Source: Promethearchaeota archaeon
GTDB lineage: Archaea; Asgardarchaeota; Lokiarchaeia; Sigyniarchaeales; SOKP01
Direction of reading: 5' to 3'
DNA length: 14,597 nucleotides
Assembly (NCBI GenBank): GCA_048940925.1
Contig: JBHLOC010000015.1
Location: 76,717-91,313, forward strand
A program made the position numbers and the translations under genes. Within the stretch, counting starts at the first letter, position 1; the number at the start of each line of letters is the position of its first letter. Of this stretch, positions 1 to 7,384 are shown piece after piece. Under the pieces are notes generated by a model that did no database searches, was not told the origin of the DNA, and was given only the letters and a program-made list of their open reading frames with translations.

Positions 1-513
1 AGAACATCCAATGCATCATTAGGTATTGCTATTGCCATGGGAGCTAGAAAAGAAATTTATAAGCAGTCCAAAAGGGTTAGACAAAACTATAGTAAACTTA
101 TACAAGATTCTCTTATTTGGGTTGAGAAAGAAAAAAAAATACAACAAAAAGAATATATCCAATATTTTTTTGGGGAAGATGTAATTCCTGAAAATATTAT
201 TGGAACAATAACATCAATATTGATTTTTGAGAATATTCAAGGGATAGATACGTCTAAACCTATATTTGGTTTAGCGAAAAGAAAAGATGAGGATATATAT
301 AAAGTCTCAGGAAGAGCGCATGAAAAAATTGTTAAACAAGGAGTAAATCTTTCAGAAGCAATAAGAGAAGCTTGTATACTTTTAAATTTGGATGTATTAG
401 GAGGTGGACATCCTCCTGCGGCGGGAGTAAAAATTCCTATAGATATGGTTGAAAATTTTCTTGAAAGCTGTAATTTAGTAATTCAAAATCAGTTAAGGTA
501 TATAAGAAGTTAA
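1..513 (+). CDS. DHH-family phosphoesterase, C-terminal DHHA1 domain (archaeal RecJ/GAN, Cdc45-related nuclease); 5' truncated by the window edge
   Basis: Frame 1 is open from base 1 (RTSNASLGIAIAMG...), so the ATG at 37 is internal. It has the DHHA1 signature GGGHPPAAG preceded by KPIFGLA...YKVSGRA...GVNLSEAI, the layout typical of the archaeal GAN/RecJ C-terminus. Confidence 0.85.
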   Translation, partial: RTSNASLGIAIAMGARKEIYKQSKRVRQNYSKLIQDSLIWVEKEKKIQQKEYIQYFFGEDVIPENIIGTITSILIFENIQGIDTSKPIFGLAKRKDEDIYKVSGRAHEKIVKQGVNLSEAIREACILLNLDVLGGGHPPAAGVKIPIDMVENFLESCNLVIQNQLRYIRS

Positions 514-523
514 ATTAATATTA

Positions 524-1828
524 TTAAATTTGATAAATTTCTCCTATTTCAGGTGCTATTGAATTATATCCTTTTTTAATTAACTCACTTGCTAACGTAG
601 TGGTTGATTTGTTATCACCATGAATACAAAATATATTGTTATTGGAATTCTTATGAAAATTCAAATTTGATATATATTCATGAAGATGCAGATTGTCAGA
701 ATGGCTTGAAAAATCAAAATAATCATAATCACATTTTGCTGTTATCTTTAGATTAATTGTGTTATTCCTATATTTTCCTGAATCTTTGAATTCAAAGATT
801 CCATTATCTAATAGACCTCTCCCTGGGGTCCCTTCTACTTGATATCCTACTAAAAAGATAGCAGACATAGGATCTTGCAAAATAGACTCAATATACTCAA
901 TTACAGCACCACCTTTAAGCATACCTGAAGGGGTAATGATAACTCCTTCAGCTTTTTTTATAAATGGTCTAGCTTTTGGTCTAGTTACAAAGTGGACCTT
1001 TTTTAACGCTTTTCTAAAGAATGCTATATTTTTGATGAAATCTGGATAATCTGAGTACAACCTAGACATTTTTCTTGCTAAACCATCAATGAATATTTTA
1101 CCGTTATAGTTATATTTTTTTAATATTAATAAAACTTCTTGAGAGCGTGCAACTCCAAAAGCAGGTATTAAGACTCTTCCACCATTATTTATTATATCAG
1201 TAATTCTTTCAACAAAATCCTTCTCTAATTCCTGTCTTGAAGGATGTTTTTTAAGAGCATATGTTGACTCTATTATTAAAGAATCCAATTTTGGAACATC
1301 ATGATAATTAGCGGGATTAATTAAATTTGTTGTAAGTGTATTAATATCTCCTGTATATAAAACAATTTTATTGTCAACCTCAATTAAAATTGATACACTT
1401 CCAGGAATATGTCCCGCATCTATAAAAGTTATATAAAAATCATTATCTATTTTTTGACGTGTTCCATTTTTAAGAAAATAAGTATTTTGCTTTAATAAAT
1501 CTAATTCTCTTAATCCAAAACTATACGGATAATTTGAAATTCTTAACATATCCTTTATAAGAACTTCAGTAGTTGCAAGAGAAACAGGATTAGTATAGAA
1601 AGGAACCTTTGTAGTTTTATATAATAGTGGTAGAGCACCTGAATGATCAATATGACTGTGAGTTAACGCGATCGCTTTTAGGTTTTTTAAATCAGTTTTA
1701 AATGGTAATCTCTCATCATTATTGAATCCTATTCCATAATCCAATATACACTGTGTTCCACTTTTAGACTCTACTAAAATTCCAGAACGACCGATCTCTC
1801 TACAGCTTCCTAAAAATGTAATTTTCAT
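524..1828 (-). CDS. Metallo-beta-lactamase fold beta-CASP ribonuclease (CPSF73-like, no KH domains; aCPSF2-type)
   Basis: Motifs: LGSCREIGRS, LDYG, THSHIDHSG (HxHxDH), AGHIPGS, YTGD, IESTY, LIPAFGVARSQE, GMLKGG, VGYQVEGTPG, FSSHSD and IHGD. At 434 aa it has no N-terminal KH extension. Confidence 0.92.
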   Translation of the reverse strand: MKITFLGSCREIGRSGILVESKSGTQCILDYGIGFNNDERLPFKTDLKNLKAIALTHSHIDHSGALPLLYKTTKVPFYTNPVSLATTEVLIKDMLRISNYPYSFGLRELDLLKQNTYFLKNGTRQKIDNDFYITFIDAGHIPGSVSILIEVDNKIVLYTGDINTLTTNLINPANYHDVPKLDSLIIESTYALKKHPSRQELEKDFVERITDIINNGGRVLIPAFGVARSQEVLLILKKYNYNGKIFIDGLARKMSRLYSDYPDFIKNIAFFRKALKKVHFVTRPKARPFIKKAEGVIITPSGMLKGGAVIEYIESILQDPMSAIFLVGYQVEGTPGRGLLDNGIFEFKDSGKYRNNTINLKITAKCDYDYFDFSSHSDNLHLHEYISNLNFHKNSNNNIFCIHGDNKSTTTLASELIKKGYNSIAPEIGEIYQI

Positions 1829-1963
1829 CTGTACTGAAAATTTTTTTTAAAAATTCAAAAAACATATTATTCTAAAAAAGAATATCAGTTTTTTTAAAAT
1901 TTCTATTTGAAATAAAAAATGCATAAATATTTTTTGTGCTTATTTTTAGTAAAGTCAAATATT

Positions 1964-1992
1964 AAAAAAAAAAGCTATTAAAAAAGAGAAAA
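1964..1992 (-). terminator. Putative archaeal oligo-T terminator of mtnP
   Basis: Directly after the mtnP stop the minus strand reads TTTTCTCTTTTTTAATAGCTTTTTTTTTT (T6 and T10 tracts). The AT-rich background lowers specificity. Confidence 0.5.
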
Positions 1993-2757
1993 TTATTTAA
2001 ATTTTTTTATTGTGTTTGTCAATAAAGCAACAACATTATTAACATTTTTACCAAATATTTCTAAGATTTCTTCCCAAGTAACAGGAATTTCATCAGCTTT
2101 CCAGCAATCATAATCTGTAGACATAGCTACAGCAGCGTATGGAATACCTGCTTCATTTGCTAGAATTGTTTCAGGAGCTATACTCATATTTATAACATCT
2201 GCACCCCATATCCTAAACATCTCGGATTCTGCTCTTGTTGAAAATCTTGGCCCTTCAATAGTGACGACAGTACCTTTTTCGTGAAATTTAAGATTAAGTT
2301 CTTTAGCTGTTTCAATAAGAAGATTTCTTAACTCCTCTGAGTAAGGATCAGCCATAGGTGTATGTTTCATATCTCCTGGAGCAAATTCTTCAAAAAAAGT
2401 TATTTTCCTTAGTCGTGTGAAGTCAATAAATTGATCTAGAATAACAAGATCACCTCTTTCTATTTCTTCTCTCAAACTACCACAAGCAGTAGTTGCGAAG
2501 ATATGAGAACATCCTTGATCTTTTAATACTTGAATGTTAGCCCTATAATTTATTTGTGTGGGAGGAATTCTATGCTCTCTTCCATGTCTTGCTATAAGAA
2601 TTACATCAACATCATGAATTTTCCCTAATTTTAAAGGAGAAGAAGGTTTTCCATATGATGTATTAGCAAGGATATCGTTAGCATTCTTTAAAATCTCTGG
2701 ATTGTCCAAACCCGACCCACCAATTATACCAATTTTTATATCCATATTACTCAACAT
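1993..2757 (-). CDS. mtnP: S-methyl-5'-thioadenosine phosphorylase (MTAP)
   Basis: Motifs: KIGIIGGSG, ARHG, NYRANI, TTACGSLREEI, DQFID, TIEGPRFSTRAES, WGADVINM and TDYDCWK. An alternative ATG lies at 2745. Confidence 0.95.
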   Translation of the reverse strand: MLSNMDIKIGIIGGSGLDNPEILKNANDILANTSYGKPSSPLKLGKIHDVDVILIARHGREHRIPPTQINYRANIQVLKDQGCSHIFATTACGSLREEIERGDLVILDQFIDFTRLRKITFFEEFAPGDMKHTPMADPYSEELRNLLIETAKELNLKFHEKGTVVTIEGPRFSTRAESEMFRIWGADVINMSIAPETILANEAGIPYAAVAMSTDYDCWKADEIPVTWEEILEIFGKNVNNVVALLTNTIKKFK

Positions 2758-2771
2758 ATAGAGTTTTTAAA

Positions 2772-2795
2772 TTATAAAATTATAAATTTTATAAA
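2772..2795 (-). promoter_or_regulatory. TATA-box region of mtnP within a perfect 10-bp inverted repeat
   Basis: TTATAAAATT-ata-AATTTTATAA (2772-2794). The minus strand has TTTATA 24-29 nt upstream of ATG 2757, consistent with a leaderless or short-leader archaeal promoter. Confidence 0.45.
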
Positions 2796-2839
2796 TTATT
2801 TGTCAAAAAATTAACCAGTTCTGCTAATTTCTATAAAGT

Positions 2840-2872
2840 TTTAACATAATATTGATTAGTGTTAAATATATA
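2840..2872 (+). promoter_or_regulatory. Inverted repeat TTTAACA-N13-TGTTAAA abutting a TATA box of the PfkB kinase gene
   Basis: Arms at 2840-2846 and 2860-2866 are followed immediately by TATATA (2867-2872), about 24 nt before ATG 2896. Confidence 0.4.
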
Positions 2873-2895
2873 TTAAGGAATTATTTTTGGATCTA

Positions 2896-3894
2896 ATGCT
2901 AAAAAATAAAGTCCTTGTTCTTGGTTCATTGGCTTTTGATTATATAATGGGTTTTAAAGAGAGTTTTATTAAAGCAGTGTCTATAGATCCTGATAAAGAA
3001 GAATATCAAAGTACTGTCACCGCAGACAGTCGTCATCAATTTTTCGGGGGAACCGCAGGAAATATTGCTTACAACCTCGGGCTTTTAGATATTGCAAAAG
3101 TTTCTATTTGTGGTTCAGTAGGAAATGATTTCGATAGATTAGGATATAAGGATCATATAAAACAGTTTTCAAATATAGAATTATTAGTTGATACTCATGA
3201 AAACCTTTTTACAGCAGCTTGTTATATAGTTAATGATATTAAATCTAATCAAATGATAATTTTTCATGGAGGTGCTTTAGACAAAGGTAAGGACATTAAT
3301 TTAAAAGAAAGAATTCCTAATCCGGAAGAGTTTATCTACGCTATAAATTCAACGCAAAGTGTAGAAGCTATGATTAATTTTGCTACTCAATTAGAAGATT
3401 TAAAGATACCTTCTATTTTTGACCCTGGTCAAGTAACACCACTGTTTCAGAAGGAAGATTTAATTGATATTATCAAAAAATCAGAAATTTTAATTGGTAA
3501 TACGTATGAGATAATACAAATAAAAGAGAAATCTAAGTTAACTGAAGAAAATATTCTTGAATATATTAAAGCTATTGTAATAACACGTGGACCTGAAGGC
3601 TCTGAATTGATATATAAAGATGAAAACGAAAAGATCTTTAAATTTTCTATTCCTATTGCTACTCCTGCGAGGATTATAGATACAACTGGTGCGGGGGATG
3701 GATATCGTGCTGGAATTCTAACTGGTTTAATGCTAAATATGACTTTATTGGATTCATGTCGATTAGGAGCGATAGTTAGTTCATTTGTAGTTGAAACTAG
3801 TGGTCCTCAGACACATCATTTTAATATTAAAAAAGTAAGGAAGAGATATTTCAATACATTTGGCTATATCCCTCCTGAAATAGAAAGGATATAA
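2896..3894 (+). CDS. PfkB/ribokinase-family kinase, probable nucleoside (adenosine) kinase
   Basis: N-terminal GSLAFDYIM, PfkB signature 1 GGTAGNIAYNLGLL, DPGQ, N-x-x-E (NTYE), TRGPEGS, and signature 2 DTTGAGDGYRAG. The GSxAxD and DPGQ features resemble archaeal nucleoside kinases and mycobacterial AdoK, and the gene is flanked by mtnP and apt. Alternative TTG start at 2887. Confidence 0.85.
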   Translation: MLKNKVLVLGSLAFDYIMGFKESFIKAVSIDPDKEEYQSTVTADSRHQFFGGTAGNIAYNLGLLDIAKVSICGSVGNDFDRLGYKDHIKQFSNIELLVDTHENLFTAACYIVNDIKSNQMIIFHGGALDKGKDINLKERIPNPEEFIYAINSTQSVEAMINFATQLEDLKIPSIFDPGQVTPLFQKEDLIDIIKKSEILIGNTYEIIQIKEKSKLTEENILEYIKAIVITRGPEGSELIYKDENEKIFKFSIPIATPARIIDTTGAGDGYRAGILTGLMLNMTLLDSCRLGAIVSSFVVETSGPQTHHFNIKKVRKRYFNTFGYIPPEIERI

Positions 3895-3944
3895 GAAAAT
3901 AATATTCTTTTATTGAAATTTTTGATTTAAATAATACTCATGCA

Positions 3945-4478
3945 TTACTCTTCTACAGGAATTTTTAATAGGGAGAGAACATCATATCCCTTTAATTTTT
4001 CTCTGCCATGTAAACTACCAGTAAGTTCAATAATAAAAGCTACACCTATTACTTCTCCATTAGCTTTTTCTACTAAATTGCATGCCGCTTTGGCGGTCCC
4101 TCCAGTTGCTAACAAATCATCAAAAACTAAAACTTTATCACCTCTTACAATAGCATCTTTATGCATTTCTATAGAGTCAGTACCATATTCTAGTTCATAA
4201 GTTTCACTTAAAGTCTCAGCTGGTAGTTTTCCGGGTTTTCTCATTAATATAAAACCAGCACCTAACTGGTATGCAATAACGCCTCCCCAAACATATCCAC
4301 GGGCTTCGATTGCTGCTACTTTAGTAATGCCTTTATCTTTGTAATGATTGATAATCCTATCACATGATTCTTTGAAAGGTTCATAAGTTTTACATAAAGT
4401 GGTAATATCCTTAAATTGTATTCCTGGTTTGGGCCAATCTGATACATTTCTTATATGTTTTAGAAGCGGATCCTCCAT
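3945..4478 (-). CDS. apt: Adenine phosphoribosyltransferase
   Basis: DWPKPGIQFKDITT, IEARG, RKPGKLP, YELEYG and the PRPP-binding loop VFDDLLATGGT. Confidence 0.96.
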   Translation of the reverse strand: MEDPLLKHIRNVSDWPKPGIQFKDITTLCKTYEPFKESCDRIINHYKDKGITKVAAIEARGYVWGGVIAYQLGAGFILMRKPGKLPAETLSETYELEYGTDSIEMHKDAIVRGDKVLVFDDLLATGGTAKAACNLVEKANGEVIGVAFIIELTGSLHGREKLKGYDVLSLLKIPVEE

Positions 4479-4689
4479 TTTTTTATCAAATCCAATTTTA
4501 CTTCATAATTTTTAAATTTTTTAATTAAAAATCATATTTAATTATATTTAATCGTCATAGGAATAGATTACTAAAAAACTAAATTCTCTCTTTTTTAATT
4601 AGAAAAAATTAAATAAAGATAAAGTTATAAAATTTATATAAAAACAATTAAAATCAAAAAATAAATACAATTAGAAGATATTAGATTAT

Positions 4690-4703
4690 ATCAAAATTAT
4701 ATA
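4690..4703 (+). promoter_or_regulatory. Putative BRE/TATA of the GTPase gene
   Basis: ATCAAAATTATATA ends 40 nt upstream of ATG 4743. It is nearly identical to ATCAAATTATATA upstream of ftr. Confidence 0.35.
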
Positions 4704-4742
4704 TTAATTAAGAAATTAAACCAAATTTTCGGTAATTTATAT

Positions 4743-5699
4743 ATGAAAGTTTTACTTTTTGGGCCAGCTGGAGCAGGCAAAACTTCACTTATGAGGACTA
4801 CTTGTTTAGGATATAATTTCATGAAAGTTTTAAATCTAAAACCAACTAAAGGCGTCTCCAGAGAAAATTTTATATTTAGAGGGATTTTAGAATTATCGAT
4901 ATGGGATCTTGGAGGGCAAGAGAGGTATCTAGAAAGGTATTTCTCTGATTCACAACGTGAACTAATATTTTCAGAAGTTACTACTGCTGTTTTTATGGTT
5001 GATTCTGCTTCTGTGGATCCAGAGGTCCGAGATATTTTTGATAATTTTTTAAATTTTCTATTTGAGTTTTCTCCTAAAATAGATCAAGCTTATGTATTAT
5101 TAAATAAAATAGATTTACAAGAATCTAAAGAAGATGAATTTTACCAAATTTTAACTAAAGATTTAAATGGAAACTTGATGGAAAAAATTTCCTTTACTCC
5201 TGTATCAGTAAAAGAGGGAAGTGCTCAGCATAGATTAATTGAAATTTTAGATTTTGAGATTCAAAAAAACACTCTTTCTATGCAACGCTTAGGGAAAATT
5301 AGGCATTTATTAGATGAATTGAAAGTAAATACAATATCAGAATATCTTTTATTTAATCAACCTGATGGGTTATTAATTTCATCTACATTTGGGAAGTTCG
5401 ATTTTAAACCACTACAATTTATGAAATTCGAGATTGGGACTTTAGATTCAAATATTTATAGTATTTACCAGCAAATTATGGATCTCCAGAATGTATCCGA
5501 TCTTTCTCCTTTATCTTTATCAACAGTTGTGTATGAATCTGAAAATTGTTGGATTCTAGTAAAAGAGGTTAGTAATGGAGCTGTTTTAATGGCGGTGACA
5601 AGAAGTAAAGAACCTGAAATTTTCTCAAGTGTAATGAATGCATTAACAGGAGAAGCTTTTGAAAATCTAAAAATATACATAAAATCTTCTGAGTTTTGA
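4743..5699 (+). CDS. Ras-superfamily small GTPase (Gtr1/Rag- or Arf-like G domain) fused to a C-terminal Roadblock/LC7-like domain
   Basis: G1 GPAGAGKTS, G2 Thr in KPTKG, G3 WDLGGQ, G4 NKID, G5-like VSVK. Residues about 185-305 show the Roadblock pattern: helix, YLLFNQPDGLLISS, helix, then three strands (TVVYES, WILVKEV, AVLMAVT) and a final helix. Confidence 0.85.
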   Translation: MKVLLFGPAGAGKTSLMRTTCLGYNFMKVLNLKPTKGVSRENFIFRGILELSIWDLGGQERYLERYFSDSQRELIFSEVTTAVFMVDSASVDPEVRDIFDNFLNFLFEFSPKIDQAYVLLNKIDLQESKEDEFYQILTKDLNGNLMEKISFTPVSVKEGSAQHRLIEILDFEIQKNTLSMQRLGKIRHLLDELKVNTISEYLLFNQPDGLLISSTFGKFDFKPLQFMKFEIGTLDSNIYSIYQQIMDLQNVSDLSPLSLSTVVYESENCWILVKEVSNGAVLMAVTRSKEPEIFSSVMNALTGEAFENLKIYIKSSEF

Positions 5700-5757
5700 G
5701 TAAATTTCCAAAACTATTAAAAAGGAAAATATAATTATAAAACTATTTTTTATTTTA

Positions 5758-6597
5758 TTATTGCTCTTTATCATATAATCCTAATTTTGTTAAAAGATGC
5801 TGTTTGGAGTGATGAGGTCTTCTTATAACTGTATCATTGGATTTTTCAAGTTCCCGTGCTTCGTCACACATTAAGGCTGCTGTTCTCATCATTTCGTGGG
5901 CTGCGGCTAATAATGGCATATACTCAGATTTTTCTTGTAATTTAAAGCAAGCAGTTGCTGTAATATTTGATACTGATGCCGCTAATTCAAAAGCAGCTAT
6001 AGCTTTAGCTCTTGCATATGGATTTGAGAATTTTGCAGCCTCAGTTGCTATAGTTGAGTTAATAACTATTTGGGGTAGTGTCACCATATTTCCATCTAAA
6101 AGATCTAAAATAACTTTATTCAATTCCTCTGCTATAACTTGTAATGCACCTGTGATCGCAAGAACTTTCAATAGATCTGAATTATATATACTCATTTCAA
6201 TGGGATCAAGGAATGGTCTACGAGCACCAATCATACTATCACAATTCACTAAAATGTAACCCATATTCTTCTCTTTAATTTCTTCAGTAGCTTTCCTTGC
6301 TGGAGCATCAGATATTATTATTGTTGGAATATTTCCCGCTAACTTACGGGCTTCTTTAGGGCCTGGTAAAGCAGCATTTGGACTCGACATTAAAATTAAT
6401 TCGGGTTGAAATTCCAGTAATTTTTTCATAGTTTCAATACATTCTTCTGGAGGATGCATTTTTGCACCTGAAGTGACTTCTCTTACGCAAATTCTCTTAG
6501 ATTCCGCTCTTTCATCCATAAGAAAAGCAAGTAATAAAGATGACCCTATTGTTCCATTTTTCAAGATACTGATTTTTAATACTTTTTCTTCGCTCAT
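5758..6597 (-). CDS. mtd: F420-dependent methylenetetrahydromethanopterin dehydrogenase
   Basis: DERA, SGAKM, SPNAALPGPKEAR, DSMIGARRPFLDPIEM, FSNPYARAKAIAA, AAHEMMRTAA and DEARELEKSNDTVIRRPH match the Mtd family. I prefer ATG 6597 over TTG 6615. Confidence 0.92.
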   Translation of the reverse strand: MSEEKVLKISILKNGTIGSSLLLAFLMDERAESKRICVREVTSGAKMHPPEECIETMKKLLEFQPELILMSSPNAALPGPKEARKLAGNIPTIIISDAPARKATEEIKEKNMGYILVNCDSMIGARRPFLDPIEMSIYNSDLLKVLAITGALQVIAEELNKVILDLLDGNMVTLPQIVINSTIATEAAKFSNPYARAKAIAAFELAASVSNITATACFKLQEKSEYMPLLAAAHEMMRTAALMCDEARELEKSNDTVIRRPHHSKQHLLTKLGLYDKEQ

Positions 6598-6888
6598 TTT
6601 TAACACACTTACCAAATTTTCTAATTTAAAAATATAAATTCATTAATTTTTTTATATATTTCAATTTTTTACTAAATTTGTTCAAAAGTTAATAATAAAT
6701 AACTATTGATTCCATCATTTAAGCATGAATTTTTCTTAAAATTGTAAACTATATGGTAATAACTTCTCTAAAAAAAGAATTTGAATTTATATTAGTGAAT
6801 AATATTTTTATTAATTTTGATCCAACTAAAATGATTTATCTTATTGCAAAAATCCATTATTTTTAAAAAGACAACACCCCAAAAATTG

Positions 6889-7173
6889 TTAAGGAAAACT
6901 ATTCATGATTAAGACAGTTATAATGATAATAGCTACAGGGATAAATATTATAAGTCCAATTATTTTCCCAATTGCCTTCCTTTGTTTTAGAAGTTCATAG
7001 CATTCATAACATAATTCACGGGTTACTGCATAGCTAGAACTACTTTCCCCTACACCTGATCTTCGTACATCATGATAAACCTTTTTACATTGAAGACAAA
7101 GAAGTTTTCCACATTGTTCACACTTTGAGACCGCTTCTATATCTGGATGATAAAAACATCGCATCTCACTCAT
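6889..7173 (-). CDS. Small B-box-like zinc-finger protein with a C-terminal transmembrane helix
   Basis: C-x2-H-x8-C-x2-C-x4-C-x2-C ... C-x2-C, a basic stretch (KQRK...K), then the hydrophobic IIGLIIFIPVAIIIITVLIM. TTTATATA lies 23-30 nt upstream on the minus strand. Confidence 0.75.
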   Translation of the reverse strand: MSEMRCFYHPDIEAVSKCEQCGKLLCLQCKKVYHDVRRSGVGESSSSYAVTRELCYECYELLKQRKAIGKIIGLIIFIPVAIIIITVLIMNSFP

Positions 7174-7353
7174 AAAATTATAATTTTTTAAATTATATAT
7201 AAAGTTTATTACATTTGTCGAAAAAATTATCTCTTATTGATATAAATTCCCTTTATGAGACACTCTACTTATAAAATATCATAAATCCTATTAGTTAATC
7301 TTAAAAATTTTATATATTATTAAACTCTATTAAGTTTAACATAAATAGTTGAA

Positions 7354-7367
7354 ATCAAATTATATAA
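7354..7367 (+). promoter_or_regulatory. Putative BRE/TATA of ftr
   Basis: ATCAAATTATATAA ends 18 nt upstream of ATG 7385. Confidence 0.35.
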
Positions 7368-7384
7368 TAGAATAATGATGTAAA

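Noticed and set aside
3940-4200. 86-aa + strand ORF
   Set aside because: It is an antisense shadow almost entirely within apt, with no recognisable motifs.
4517-4608. Palindrome TTTTTAATTAAAAA (4518-4531) and a near-copy at 4591-4608 in the apt/GTPase spacer
   Set aside because: It is almost purely A/T in an extremely AT-rich spacer, so it carries too little information to call an operator.
5465-5680. 71-aa - strand ORF
   Set aside because: It is an antisense shadow inside the GTPase-Roadblock gene.
5709-5747. Direct repeat AAAACTATT twice between the convergent GTPase and mtd genes
   Set aside because: It is a short AT-rich repeat with no mobile element between the copies, and is probably part of a bidirectional terminator region.
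5837-6259. 140-aa + strand ORF
   Set aside because: It is antisense to mtd, and its Ala/Ser/Ile-rich composition is what the reverse complement of mtd codons produces.
6616-6888. About 270-bp spacer between mtd and the zinc-finger gene as a possible ncRNA, tRNA or small ORF
   Set aside because: It has no GC-rich stems, cloverleaf or credible ORF, and is consistent with a terminator plus promoter.
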